Shown: piece by piece, positions 29,419 through 39,789 of the stretch
How positions within the stretch are numbered: position 1 is the stretch's first letter
Layout: every line of letters begins with the position of its first letter
NCBI GenBank assembly: GCA_965371015.1
Contig: CBDUWU010000003.1
Coordinates: 1-40,855, forward strand
DNA: 40,855 nt
Origin: an uncultured bacterium
GTDB lineage: Bacteria > Krumholzibacteriota > Krumholzibacteriia > WVZY01 > JAKEHA01
Direction: 5' to 3'
Made by a program: the position numbers and the translations under genes
The notes under the pieces: model-generated
The model's database searches: none
Told to the model about the DNA's origin: nothing
The model's input: only the letters and a program-made list of their open reading frames with translations

Positions 29419-31692
29419 ATGGATATTCAGCCCTTATCCAGATTTTTCCGCAGGAAGAAGAAGGTCTCGCGCAACGAGCGCGCGGGCAAGTTCTCCAGCA
29501 AGACCATATTGCGGAATGACTATTCGCAGGGGCTCGTCCCGCGCGTTATTCTGGGCGTTCTTTTCACGGCGAGCGCCGTGGTCCTCCTGCAGCCTACCCA
29601 GCGGAGCAAAGAGGTCGATTTTACCGCCGGCGAAGTGGCCGACAAAGACATTATAGCGCCGTTCAATATCAACGTTCCCCTGTCACCCGAAGAACTGAAT
29701 CTCCGGCGGGCCAGCGCTTCGCTCGCCGTCCCGCCCGTGTACGTCCGGGACCGCACCGTGGAGCGCGACCTGAGCCGGAACCTCACCGTGCTCCTCGACA
29801 CGCTGACGACGATCGTCAACATCGACACCCTGGACGCCGAAGAAAAGGGACGGATGGTTGGCTCCTGGCTGCCCAGCCTGCCGGCAAACACCCTGCGGAC
29901 CGCCGCGTCGCCGCGGGATTTCAAAGCCATCAACAAGGCGGCGAGGGAGTACCAGCGCGACATATTTACGAGGGGGCTGGTCGACAACGCGTCGTTGATC
30001 CGGCGGAATAACTACAAGGAGATTACCGTCGTAGAGGGCGCGAAGGAACACAAGCGAAACGTGTCCGACGTCCTTGAGCAGAGCCGCCTCGACCCGGTGA
30101 TCCGTGAAGAGGCCCTGGCTCGCTTCGGCGCCGATCGTGACAAGGCGCAGGTGTTTTTCGAACTCGTGCGCGGACACGTGCTGCCGAACATCCTCTTCGA
30201 CTTCGATGAGACCAATCGCCGCCGCGACGCGGCCATTGCCCAGGTCCAGGACTACTTCCCCGTGTCCAAGAACGAGAGCATCATCCACAAACACGACAAG
30301 GTCACCGAAGAGCAGGAACGGATCCTGACGGCGCTGGAGAAGGCGCGCGCCACGCAGGAAACCTCGAAGGCGCCGCTGACCCTGTTCAGCCTCTACACGG
30401 CGGAAACGATCCGGCTCATGCTGTTCTGCCTTCTGTTCGGCGGATACCTCTATGTATTCCACCGCCGGCTCTACAAGGATTTTACGTCCGTTTCCGCGGT
30501 ATTCGCCGTGATGCTGCTCTACGTCGTCCTCCTCGCCGTGGTCGTCCGGTTCGATCTGAGCCCGTACCTCATACCGGTACCGTTCGTGGCAATCATGCTG
30601 GCCGCGCTGTTCGAATACCGCCTGGGCCTGATCGCGGCGGTGTTCGCCGCCGCCCTGATTCCGCTGGTAACGAACTACGAGCCCAACGTTGGATTCGTCG
30701 CCATGCTCGCCGGCGCCGTCGGGGTGATCGGGATCGAACGAATGCGTTCGAGGAGCCACGTATTCTCGATGTTCCTCCATATCTCCGCGGCATACGTGCT
30801 CGGCATTGTGAGTCTCGAGCTCGGGCGGATCGATGACGTGACCGAGATCGTCAAGCACGCCACGTGGGGTATCGCCAACGGGTTGTTTTCCAGCGCCGCG
30901 GTGATGTTCCTTCTGCCGGTATTCGAAGGCATCTTCGGCCGGACTTCACGCTTTACCCTGCTGGAACTGACCGATCTCAACAAACCGATCCTCAAGCGTC
31001 TCAACATGGAGGCGCACGGCACCTATCACCACTCGATGTTGATCGGAAACCTCGTCGACGCGGGTGCCGAGGCGATCAGGGCCGACTCGCTCAAGGCGCG
31101 CGTCATGGCCTACTCCCACGATATCGGCAAGATCTTCAAGCCGGAGTACTTCGCCGAGAACCAGAACGGCGGGTTCAACAAACACGAAAAAATCACGCCG
31201 CAGATGAGCGCTCTCATCCTCGTGTCTCACGTCAAGGACGGCGTGGAGCTGGCCAGGGAGGAAAAACTCCCCGACGTTGTGATCGACGCGATCAAGGAAC
31301 ACCACGGCACGACGGTGATGGCCTATTTTTACCAGAAAGCGCTCGAGACGGACTCGCACTCGAGCCTCAAGAAAGACGACTTTCGTTATCCCGGCCCGCG
31401 TCCGCGGTCCAGGGAATCGGGTCTGCTCATGCTGGCCGATACCGTCGAAGCGGCGGTGCGTTCGCTCAAGGACCCTACGCCCGCGCACATTCGCAATATG
31501 GTCACCAAGCTCGTCGACGCCCGGTCCCACGACGGCGAGCTGGATAACAGCGGGCTGACGCTGCACGACCTGAGCCAGATCAAGGAAAAGTTTATTTCCA
31601 TTCTCACCGGCATCTACCACAAGCGGATCGCCTATCCGGGACAGGAAGAGGAGGAAGAAGCGCCCAGTGAATCTGTCGCTAAACCGGTCTGA
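29419..31692 (+). CDS. 7TM-HDIG metal-dependent phosphohydrolase (PgpH/YqfF-like, probable c-di-AMP phosphodiesterase)
   Basis: Extracellular 7TMR-HDED region, multiple TM helices, GTYHHS, HDIGK..KPEYFAENQ, HHGT, FRYPGPRP, MLADTVEAA. Confidence 0.92.
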   Translation: MDIQPLSRFFRRKKKVSRNERAGKFSSKTILRNDYSQGLVPRVILGVLFTASAVVLLQPTQRSKEVDFTAGEVADKDIIAPFNINVPLSPEELNLRRASASLAVPPVYVRDRTVERDLSRNLTVLLDTLTTIVNIDTLDAEEKGRMVGSWLPSLPANTLRTAASPRDFKAINKAAREYQRDIFTRGLVDNASLIRRNNYKEITVVEGAKEHKRNVSDVLEQSRLDPVIREEALARFGADRDKAQVFFELVRGHVLPNILFDFDETNRRRDAAIAQVQDYFPVSKNESIIHKHDKVTEEQERILTALEKARATQETSKAPLTLFSLYTAETIRLMLFCLLFGGYLYVFHRRLYKDFTSVSAVFAVMLLYVVLLAVVVRFDLSPYLIPVPFVAIMLAALFEYRLGLIAAVFAAALIPLVTNYEPNVGFVAMLAGAVGVIGIERMRSRSHVFSMFLHISAAYVLGIVSLELGRIDDVTEIVKHATWGIANGLFSSAAVMFLLPVFEGIFGRTSRFTLLELTDLNKPILKRLNMEAHGTYHHSMLIGNLVDAGAEAIRADSLKARVMAYSHDIGKIFKPEYFAENQNGGFNKHEKITPQMSALILVSHVKDGVELAREEKLPDVVIDAIKEHHGTTVMAYFYQKALETDSHSSLKKDDFRYPGPRPRSRESGLLMLADTVEAAVRSLKDPTPAHIRNMVTKLVDARSHDGELDNSGLTLHDLSQIKEKFISILTGIYHKRIAYPGQEEEEEAPSESVAKPV

Positions 31693-32134
31693 CGACGCGG
31701 AACTCCCCTGGCTGGACGAGAACGTCGTCGAATCGATACGAAAGGCGGGCGCATCGTTGAACCCTGAAGCCGTCACGGTAAACATCGTGGTGGTCGACGA
31801 TCCCTATATCCGCGGCATCAATCGCGATTTCCGGGGCATCGACAAGGTTACCGACGTCATCTCGTTCTCCTACATCGATGACTCGGGGCCCGTACCCGGA
31901 GGCGGCGAAGACGTCGCCGGCGAAGTCTACATTTCTCACCAGACAATCGAAAAGGAGGCGAAAGAACTGGGGGTTGACCCTGGATCGCTCTTCCTGCGCG
32001 TCGGTGTGCACGGCCTGTTGCACGTCGTCGGCTTCGACCACGCCGGCGATGAGGACGCCGCGCGCATGGAGCGGGAAGAAAGAACGATCCTCTCCCGTAT
32101 CGTCGCGTCGAACGAACTCGACGCGATGTTCTGA
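31667..32134 (+). CDS. ybeY: rRNA maturation endoribonuclease YbeY
   Basis: NRDFRGIDKVTDVISF, GEVYIS, HGLLHVVGFDH. Confidence 0.95.
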   Translation: MNLSLNRSDDAELPWLDENVVESIRKAGASLNPEAVTVNIVVVDDPYIRGINRDFRGIDKVTDVISFSYIDDSGPVPGGGEDVAGEVYISHQTIEKEAKELGVDPGSLFLRVGVHGLLHVVGFDHAGDEDAARMEREERTILSRIVASNELDAMF

Positions 32135-32157
32135 CGGGTGTCGCCCCCGGCCGGTAC

Positions 32158-33441
32158 ATGGGCATCGAACTCGATTTTGCGTTGTACGCGCTGTCCGTTT
32201 TGCTGCTCGGGGTTTATTCGGGCGCATACGTAGCACTGGAATTACTTTCGCTCAGCACGTCGGACCGTTCCGTAGAGGACGATTCGGAAGAACGGGGATT
32301 CGTCGATGGTCTCCTCGACGATCCGGTACGCAACAGTATCGCGTTGAACGTGGCGCGTGCCCTTTCCGTCGGTTTCGCGGTAACCGCTTCGTTGCGCGTC
32401 TCGCTCATTTATCTGTTTCCCGGCACCGACCACGTCCTGTTGAAAACAGCGCTGTTCGTGTTTGCGTCGCTCATCGTGCCTCCGCTGTGCGCGCGCCTGC
32501 TCGCGTTAAGAGGCGCCGAGCGTTTCGCAGCCGCGACGAGGGTATTCACGTGGCCGGCGGTGATGTTCCTGCGTCCGTCGGCGGGTGTCGTCGGCGCCAT
32601 TATCCGCAAGATATCGCCGGGCCTCGGCCGAATGCTCGCGTTCCAGATTATTCCGCTCAAGCAGAAAATCGAGGTCTTCGGGGTTCAGAACGGCGAACCG
32701 CCCGACGAGGAGCAGAAGCTCATTGAGAGCATCCTCGACTTTGGTGAAACCCGCGTGCGCGAAGTCATGGTCCCGCGCATCGACGTCGTGGCGGTCAACG
32801 GCGCGATGGACAAGGATGAAGCAATCAGCGTACTGATGGAGGCGGGGCACTCGCGCGTTCCCGTCTACGAGGAAACCGTCGATCGCATCGTAGGGACGAT
32901 CTATACCAAGGATCTGCTGCGCAAGATCATCGCCGGCGAGGATGTTTCGCTGACCGGGATCGCGCGCGAGCCGTTCTTCGTGCCGGAGAGCAAGATGATC
33001 GACGAATTGCTCACCGAGTTCCGTGTACGCAAGCAGCACCTGGCGATCGTTGTCGACGAGTACGGGGGGACGGCGGGGATCGTGACCCTGGAGGATGTTC
33101 TCGAAGAGATCGTCGGCGACATTCAGGACGAGTTCGACACCGAAGAAGCGCTGGTTCAGCGCCTCGACGACGACACGGCGGTCTGCAACGCGAAGGTCCA
33201 CCTCGACGACCTCTCGGAAGAACTGGGGGTCGGCTTTCCCGGGGACGCGCTGGACAGCGCGCCGGACAGCCTGGGAGGACTGCTGTACCAGATGATCGGG
33301 AGGGTGCCGAGGGTCGGCGACAAGGTATCCCTGCACGATATCGAGTTCGAAATCCAGTCGGTCGAGCGTCAGAGGATAGACAAAGTCGTGATCCGCGGGT
33401 TAAGCTCGTCCGGCGACAAGATGCGGGACGGTTCCGGGTGA
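32158..33441 (+). CDS. Hemolysin/CorC family transporter (CNNM-like TM + CBS pair + CorC_HlyC)
   Basis: VREVMVPR, HSRVPVY, FVPESK, AIVVDEYGGTAGIVTLEDVLEEIVGDIQDEFD. Confidence 0.92.
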   Translation: MGIELDFALYALSVLLLGVYSGAYVALELLSLSTSDRSVEDDSEERGFVDGLLDDPVRNSIALNVARALSVGFAVTASLRVSLIYLFPGTDHVLLKTALFVFASLIVPPLCARLLALRGAERFAAATRVFTWPAVMFLRPSAGVVGAIIRKISPGLGRMLAFQIIPLKQKIEVFGVQNGEPPDEEQKLIESILDFGETRVREVMVPRIDVVAVNGAMDKDEAISVLMEAGHSRVPVYEETVDRIVGTIYTKDLLRKIIAGEDVSLTGIAREPFFVPESKMIDELLTEFRVRKQHLAIVVDEYGGTAGIVTLEDVLEEIVGDIQDEFDTEEALVQRLDDDTAVCNAKVHLDDLSEELGVGFPGDALDSAPDSLGGLLYQMIGRVPRVGDKVSLHDIEFEIQSVERQRIDKVVIRGLSSSGDKMRDGSG

Positions 33442-33496
33442 CGCCGGCGCAGGTCCGGCGGCATAGACGGTCTTCTTATCCGGGAGTACAGGGTCC

Positions 33497-34102
33497 ATGA
33501 AGTATCTTCGGCGGCGATTTCTTGCCGGCGTCCTCATTCTGACGCCCCTCGTCGTGACTGGCTGGCTTTTCTGGAAGATTTTCATCTCCATCGACAAGTT
33601 GGTGACGCCGCTCCAGGAACGTTTCCCCATCATCGACTGGCCGGGTGTCGGTTTCGTCGTGGTCGTTCTTTTTATTCTGCTGACGGGCATATTCGCGGGG
33701 AACTTCATCGGCCGGCGCGTTATCGGCCAGGGCGAACGAGTCGTCTACAACCTCCCGATGATCCGGCGGGTTTACGCCGCCGTCAAGCAGCTCAGCGAGG
33801 TGTTTCTCACCGACCGCACGACCGTGTTTCGCGAGGTCGTCCTCATCCGGTATCCGCACAGGGACGCGTTCGCGCTGGCGTTTGTCACCCGCGAGGGGAC
33901 TGATTTCTTCAACGAGCTGACGAACCAGAAGATGCTCAACGTTTTCGTTCCCACCACTCCAAACCCGACGTCCGGGTTCCTCCTGCTCATACCAGAGGAT
34001 GACGTCATCCGGGTTCCCATCGAAGTCGAGGAAGGGCTGAAAATGGTAATTTCGGGCGGCGCCTTTTCGGCCGACGCCGTGCCGCCTGCCGTTGGCGGCT
34101 AG
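33497..34102 (+). CDS. DUF502 family membrane protein
   Basis: FLAGVLIL.P, P.IRRVY..VKQ, VFVPTTPNPTSGF, VEEGLKMVISGG. Confidence 0.92.
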   Translation: MKYLRRRFLAGVLILTPLVVTGWLFWKIFISIDKLVTPLQERFPIIDWPGVGFVVVVLFILLTGIFAGNFIGRRVIGQGERVVYNLPMIRRVYAAVKQLSEVFLTDRTTVFREVVLIRYPHRDAFALAFVTREGTDFFNELTNQKMLNVFVPTTPNPTSGFLLLIPEDDVIRVPIEVEEGLKMVISGGAFSADAVPPAVGG

Positions 34103-34152
34103 AGCCGCCCCCCCCAGTTCTACCTTGCCACCGGCCGGGGTCATTCACTAGG

Positions 34153-35520
34153 ATGCCCTCTATGGATCATTCACGCAGCGAAGACGTAGCCGCCGTCGAG
34201 CGGCTGCTCGATTCGGGTGATTTCCAGGGCCTCCTGCACCACCTCGAGGCCCTCCACCCCGCCGACATCGCCGATGTGCTGGAGGCGCTGGAACCGGAGG
34301 TCCAGGCGGACATCCTCAAGCGCCTCGACAACGATCGGGCCGCCGAGGTATTGACGGAGATCGACGAAGCTTCGGGCCAGGCGCTGCTGCGGATTCTCTC
34401 CGACACGGATCTCGTCACCCTGCTGGGCGAGATGCCCACCGACGACGCGGCCGATATCATGTCGGCGCTCCCGCCCGACAGGACCGAGCGTGTCGATGCG
34501 CTGCTGCCCAGCGAGGATCGCGAACAGCTCCACGAACTGATGGAGTTCGAGGAAGACACCGCCGGCGGTATCATGGAGCTGGAGAACATTGCGATCCGCG
34601 GGGACGCCAGCATCCGCGACGCGATCGACCTGGCGCGGGCCGGAGCCGACGAGATCGAGAATCTCCAGAAGATCTACGTCGTCGGAGACAATGGCGTCCT
34701 CCTCGGTTACATCGATGTGCTCGACCTGCTCATTTATCCGCGATCCACGCCGATCCGCGACGCGATGAAGAAGAACACAGTGGTGGTGCCCGTTACGATG
34801 GACCAGGAGGATGTGGCGGCGCTGTTCGGCAAGTACGACGAGTTCACTCTGCCGGTGGAGGACGAAACGGGAAAGCTGGTGGGGCGGATCACCGTCGACG
34901 ATATCATCGACGTGATCGAGGAGGAGGCGAGCGAGGACATCGCCCACATCGCCGGTACCACCGAAGACGAACTGGGCGAGCCGTCGCCGATCAAGATTTC
35001 GCGCACGAGGCTTCCATGGCTCATCACGGGGCTGGCGGGTCAGTTCGTCGCCGCCTTCATCATGAGCGGTTACGAGGCACCACTGCAGAAGTGGTTCGTC
35101 CTCGCGTTTTTCGTGCCGCTGGTGGTAGGGACGGCGGGATCGATCGGGATCCAGGCCGCCGTAGTCGTCGTACGAGAGCTGGCGCTGGGACAGATCGACG
35201 TCTACCACATGGGGCGCCGCGTGTGGAAAGAGCTGCAGGTCGCCTTGATAAACGGGGCGATCCTGGGATCGATTCTGTTTGTGGCCGTGTACGTCTGGCA
35301 GCGCGACATCGACCTTTCCGTGCTTCTGCTCGGGACTCTACTCATCGTGATCGTCATGGCGGCGTTCATCGGCGCGTCGGTGCCGCTCCTGCTGGAGAAA
35401 TGGAAGATCGACCCCGCCATCGCGACTGGTCCCTTCATCACCGTATCCAACGACATCATCGGGTTGGCGATCTACCTGTCGCTGGCCACCATTTATCTGA
35501 CACGTTTCCGGACGCCCTGA
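34153..35520 (+). CDS. mgtE: Magnesium transporter MgtE (alternative start ATG 34162)
   Basis: LHPADIAD, EDTAGGIM, CBS pair, GRITVDD, RLPWL, IDPAIATGPFIT..ND. Confidence 0.95.
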   Translation: MPSMDHSRSEDVAAVERLLDSGDFQGLLHHLEALHPADIADVLEALEPEVQADILKRLDNDRAAEVLTEIDEASGQALLRILSDTDLVTLLGEMPTDDAADIMSALPPDRTERVDALLPSEDREQLHELMEFEEDTAGGIMELENIAIRGDASIRDAIDLARAGADEIENLQKIYVVGDNGVLLGYIDVLDLLIYPRSTPIRDAMKKNTVVVPVTMDQEDVAALFGKYDEFTLPVEDETGKLVGRITVDDIIDVIEEEASEDIAHIAGTTEDELGEPSPIKISRTRLPWLITGLAGQFVAAFIMSGYEAPLQKWFVLAFFVPLVVGTAGSIGIQAAVVVVRELALGQIDVYHMGRRVWKELQVALINGAILGSILFVAVYVWQRDIDLSVLLLGTLLIVIVMAAFIGASVPLLLEKWKIDPAIATGPFITVSNDIIGLAIYLSLATIYLTRFRTP

Positions 35521-35541
35521 TCGGCCGGTGGGGGCACTCTC

Positions 35542-36273
35542 ATGCTGCGAAAAGACGAGGGCGTGGTACTGAGAGTCGCACGCAGCGGCGAGTCGAGCCT
35601 GCTGGTCACGTTTCTCGGTCGCGAACTGGGCAAGGTCCGTCTGATAGCCAAGGGAGTGCTGTCGCCGAAGCACCCGTCGCGGGGTTTGCTCGAGTCGGGG
35701 AACCACATCGAGGTCGTTTACTACTACAAGGAGAACCGCAGCGTATATTACCTCCGCGAGGTATCGCTGCTGTCGTCCCCGGCCTCGGGCCGGGACTCGC
35801 TGCCGCACATGGCGGCGTGCCTCTCGGCGATGGAACTACTCGACCAGGTATGCTACCCGGGCAGCGCCGACGCGGCCATCGTCGATCTCGCCGCCGAGTA
35901 TCTGCGCACCGACGCCGGGTCCGACCCGCTGTTCGTGTTCCTCGCGTTCGAGGTAAAACTGCTGGGGGCGCTGGGGGCCATCCCCGACCTGAGCGGGTGC
36001 GCCGACTGTGGCGGCGCCATCGCACGCGGCGCCTTCGACGCCCGCAACGGAGTGGCCTACTGCCGCGAACACGCCGGACTGGCGGGGGACTCGCTGCCTC
36101 TGCCGGCTGACCTGCTCGACGCCATCGACCTCTGTGCCGCCGGGACACTTGCCAGCGTGGCCGCCGTCGAACTGGAGAAACGAACGAGAAAACAGTTGGG
36201 GAAGCTCGTTCACTGGACGTATACTTTTCACGTTCAGGGATACAGCCTGCCCAAATCACTGAGTCTGATTTGA
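35542..36273 (+). CDS. recO: DNA repair protein RecO
   Basis: GVVLR...GES..LVTF...LGKV..IAKG OB fold; CADCG...C Zn motif; adjacent to glyQ. Confidence 0.9.
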   Translation: MLRKDEGVVLRVARSGESSLLVTFLGRELGKVRLIAKGVLSPKHPSRGLLESGNHIEVVYYYKENRSVYYLREVSLLSSPASGRDSLPHMAACLSAMELLDQVCYPGSADAAIVDLAAEYLRTDAGSDPLFVFLAFEVKLLGALGAIPDLSGCADCGGAIARGAFDARNGVAYCREHAGLAGDSLPLPADLLDAIDLCAAGTLASVAAVELEKRTRKQLGKLVHWTYTFHVQGYSLPKSLSLI

Positions 36274-36325
36274 CTCCACACCTACGTATGAAAGAGCCGT
36301 ACCGCTGCCGTGTGGCGGCCGAACG

Positions 36326-37252
36326 GTGGAAGTGATCTCCGTGAAAACCAGACGACAGAAAAAAACGAAACCGACATACCAGGAAATCATCGCACGGCTG
36401 CAGGGTTTCTGGATGAACCACGGCTGCGTGATGCTGCAGCCGTACAACTCCGAGGTGGGCGCCGGCACGCTCAACCCCTCCACGTTTCTGCGCGCGCTCG
36501 GACCCGAGCCGTGGGCCGCCGCCTACGTCGAACCGTCCAAGCGCCCCAAGGACGGGCGTTACGGAGAAAACCCCAACCGGGTGCAACAGTTTCTTCAATA
36601 CCAGGTCGTGCTCAAGCCGCCGCCGGCCGACGTCGTCACCCTCTATATAGAGAGTCTGCGCTACATCGGGGTCGATCCGGCGCGGCACGACATCCGGCTG
36701 GTCGAAGACGACTGGGAGGCGCCGACGCTCGGCGCGTCGGGGCTGGGCTGGGAGGTGTGGCTCGACGGCATGGAGATCACGCAGTTCACATACTTCCAGC
36801 AGGCCGGGTCGCTCGAGCTGGAGCCGATTACGGCTGAGCTCACCTACGGGCTCCTGCGGATCTGCCTCTACCTCCAGGAGGTCGATTCGGTCATGGACAT
36901 CGAGTGGGGGGCGGGCGTGACGTGGGGGGATATCAACCTGTCCGCCGAGCGCGAGTTTTCCGCGTTCCATTTCGAGGCGGCCAACACGGAGCTCTATTTC
37001 AGGATGTTCTCGGATTTCGAAAAAGAAGTCGCCGCGATGCTCGAACGGGGCCTGGTGCTGCCCGCTTACGACTACGTGCTGAAACTCTCGCACCTGTTCA
37101 ACGTGCTCGACGCCAGGGGCGCGATCAGCGTGACCGAACGCACGGGTTATATAGGCCGCATCCGTAAACTGGCGCGGCGGACCGCGCTGGCTTACATCGA
37201 ACAACGGGAAGCCCTCGGATTTCCGCTGCTGAAAGGGGGTGGGGCGTCGTGA
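36326..37252 (+). CDS. glyQ: Glycine--tRNA ligase alpha subunit (start may be GTG 36341)
   Basis: [60 protein letters not shown]. Confidence 0.97.
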   Translation: MEVISVKTRRQKKTKPTYQEIIARLQGFWMNHGCVMLQPYNSEVGAGTLNPSTFLRALGPEPWAAAYVEPSKRPKDGRYGENPNRVQQFLQYQVVLKPPPADVVTLYIESLRYIGVDPARHDIRLVEDDWEAPTLGASGLGWEVWLDGMEITQFTYFQQAGSLELEPITAELTYGLLRICLYLQEVDSVMDIEWGAGVTWGDINLSAEREFSAFHFEAANTELYFRMFSDFEKEVAAMLERGLVLPAYDYVLKLSHLFNVLDARGAISVTERTGYIGRIRKLARRTALAYIEQREALGFPLLKGGGAS

Positions 37253-39414
37253 AGGATTTCGTACTCGAGATCGGAGCGGAGAACATACCGGCGTCGTACG
37301 TGGAGCCGGCATTCCGGCAACTCGCCGCCGACGCCGAAGCCCTCTTCGACGAGTTGAGACTTCCGTGGGAAGAGCTGTACGCCACGGGAACGCCGCGGCG
37401 ACTCGTACTGTTCGTCCGGGGCCTGGCCGAGCGGCAGGAGTCGGTCGAAGAGACCGTCACCGGCCCCCCGTTGAGCAAGGGACTGGACGATGAGGGGCGG
37501 CCGACGAAGGCGGCGGAAGGATTCGCGCGGTCGAAGGGGATCGCCGTGGACGAACTCCGACCGGTGACCACGCAGCGGGGCGAGTTCCTGGGATTTACCC
37601 GCCGCCTCGAGACCCGGCCCGCGCCGGAGCTGCTCGCCGGGCGGCTGCCGGGGCTCATCGCGTCGCTGCGGTTCCCGAAAGTCATGAAATGGGAATCTTC
37701 CGGCGCGCGCTTCGCGAGGCCCGTCCGCTGGATCGTCTGCTTGTACGGGGCCAGGACGGTGGAATTCGAATTTGCCGGTGTCCCCGCGGGAAACGTGAGC
37801 TACGGGCGCCCGTGGTACGCCGGCGAACGGGTTCGCGTCCGCAGCGCGGCGACCTTTCTGTCCGACGTGGGGCGGCTCGGTATCATCGTCGACGATGAGG
37901 AGAGGCGGGAGCGGATCTGGTCGCTCGCGCAGCGGGAAGCGGGGAGGAGGGGGCTCTTTCCGGTCGAGGACCCGGGGCTGCTCGACGAACTGACATTCAT
38001 GGTGGAAGATCCACGCGTGCTCGTGGGGGAGTTTTCGGACAGTTATCTACAATTGCCTCCCGAGGTGGTGACTGCCGCCATGCGCTCGCACCAGCGATAC
38101 ATCGCGCTGGTCGACGGGAAGGGCCGTCTGGTGCCGAAGTTCATCACCTTCACCGACGGCCGCGTTCTCGGCGCGGCCAATGTGAAGCGGGGAAACGAGA
38201 AGGTGCTGCGTGCCCGGCTCGAAGACGCCCGGTTCTACTGGCGCGAGGATCTCAAACGCGGCATCGAGGGGCTGGCCGGCGAATTGAGCCGGATAGTGTT
38301 CATCGAGGGCTTCGGGACGATCGGCCAGAAAGCCGACCGCATCAGAAAACTCGCGGGGCTCGTGAACGGACAGCGTGGAGAAGGCGAGCGCCAGCCGGCA
38401 GACGTCATCGACCGGGCGGCCGAACTGTCCAAGGCCGACCTCGCCAGCGAGATGATCAAGGATGGCAAAGAGTTCACGCTGCTCCAGGGCCTGATCGGGA
38501 GCCACTATGCGCGCGAGTGCGGCGAAGACGCCGCCGTCGTCGACGCGATCGACCAGCACTACCTGCCGCGGACCCCGGCGGATGGTGTGCCTCGCTCGCC
38601 CGCCGCTTCCGCCGTCGGTGTGGCCGACCGTATTGACACGATCTGCGGGTGTTTTCTCGCCGGACTCATTCCGAGCGGCTCGCAGGATCCTTACGCGCTG
38701 CGCCGCCAGGCGAACGGTCTGCTCCGGATACTGGAAAATCAGCCCGAAGTCGCGCTCGACTTCCTGATCGACAAAGCACTGGACCTTTATCTCCAGAAAG
38801 GGCTGGCCGACGCCGACTCCGCCAGGGAGGCCTCGGCGGCGGTTTCGAAGTTCTTTGCAGCGCGCTGCGAGACATTTCTCAAGGAACGCGGGGTTGCCTA
38901 CGACGTTGTCGCCGCCGTAACCCGCGTATCGTGGATGCGCCCGGGTGTGGCCCTGATCCGGGCTCATTCTATAGCTGATCTCCGCGGTGACGCGCGGTTC
39001 GAACGCCTCGTCACGGGTGTCAAGCGCGTCGGCAATATCCTGTCCGGCGACAAACGCGTGTATGGGGCCGGTTGGGCCACGATACGCGGGGCGTTCGACG
39101 CGTCACGCCAACCTGTCACCGGGGAGGCATTTACCACCGGCCGATTCGTCGAAACCGCCGAATACGGGCTCTACGAGGCTGTTACCACTGCGGTCCCCCG
39201 AATGGCCGAGTGCGATGACCGCCACGATTTCGCCGCGGTTCTGGACATTCTGTCAGGACTTGCCGATCCGATCGACACCTATTTCGACGACGTTCTGGTC
39301 AACTGTGACGATACCGCGGTCCGGGAAAACCGGCACAATTTTCTGGCGGCGGTTTTTCTCGTATTTTCTCGATACGCGGACTTTTCCTGCATAGTGGAAG
39401 AGGGCGATTCCTGA
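37249..39414 (+). CDS. glyS: Glycine--tRNA ligase beta subunit
   Basis: [50 protein letters not shown]; GTGA overlap with glyQ. Confidence 0.96.
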   Translation: MKDFVLEIGAENIPASYVEPAFRQLAADAEALFDELRLPWEELYATGTPRRLVLFVRGLAERQESVEETVTGPPLSKGLDDEGRPTKAAEGFARSKGIAVDELRPVTTQRGEFLGFTRRLETRPAPELLAGRLPGLIASLRFPKVMKWESSGARFARPVRWIVCLYGARTVEFEFAGVPAGNVSYGRPWYAGERVRVRSAATFLSDVGRLGIIVDDEERRERIWSLAQREAGRRGLFPVEDPGLLDELTFMVEDPRVLVGEFSDSYLQLPPEVVTAAMRSHQRYIALVDGKGRLVPKFITFTDGRVLGAANVKRGNEKVLRARLEDARFYWREDLKRGIEGLAGELSRIVFIEGFGTIGQKADRIRKLAGLVNGQRGEGERQPADVIDRAAELSKADLASEMIKDGKEFTLLQGLIGSHYARECGEDAAVVDAIDQHYLPRTPADGVPRSPAASAVGVADRIDTICGCFLAGLIPSGSQDPYALRRQANGLLRILENQPEVALDFLIDKALDLYLQKGLADADSAREASAAVSKFFAARCETFLKERGVAYDVVAAVTRVSWMRPGVALIRAHSIADLRGDARFERLVTGVKRVGNILSGDKRVYGAGWATIRGAFDASRQPVTGEAFTTGRFVETAEYGLYEAVTTAVPRMAECDDRHDFAAVLDILSGLADPIDTYFDDVLVNCDDTAVRENRHNFLAAVFLVFSRYADFSCIVEEGDS

Positions 39415-39457
39415 CCCATACCTGCTGATTTGCGCTACGTGCGTTGTATATCAACAC

Positions 39458-39487
39458 TTGACAGTGCCCGACCCCCTGTGGTATCCT
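39458..39487 (+). promoter_or_regulatory. Sigma70-type promoter with extended -10
   Basis: TTGACA, 18 bp, TGTGG-TATCCT. Confidence 0.6.
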
Positions 39488-39499
39488 CCCCAACGGACT

Positions 39500-39726
39500 A
39501 GGGGCAGAGGGTTATAAGTTCGCGGGTTTCACCCGCAAACCCCTTGCATGACTTCATCTCATCGGGCGTGACGTTTGCGCTCGTAATTCGCCGACCACCG
39601 TTGGTGTTAACCGTTTACCCGACACCTGATTTCGACCGACGGTAACACAATGGCCTTACTCGCTGAAACGGACGAAGGTGGTGAAGGAAGCAATTACGTT
39701 TCAGGCTCATGTATAACCCTGCCTCT
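39500..39726 (+). ncRNA. Putative structured 5' leader RNA (unrecognised family)
   Basis: agggttata (39508-39516) pairs with tataaccct (39712-39720), extended by ggggc/gcctc; internal hairpins at 39522-39536 and 39598-39653. Confidence 0.45.
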
Positions 39727-39789
39727 GACCGACCGTAAATTGGGTTTCGCGTATTCATTTTCCTTCTCAGCAACGATGGGGGAATACGT

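Noticed and set aside
39500-39726. Known riboswitch (c-di-AMP ydaO, c-di-GMP, cobalamin, TPP, T-box)
   Set aside because: I could not find their conserved core sequences by eye; left as an unassigned structured leader pending an Rfam scan.
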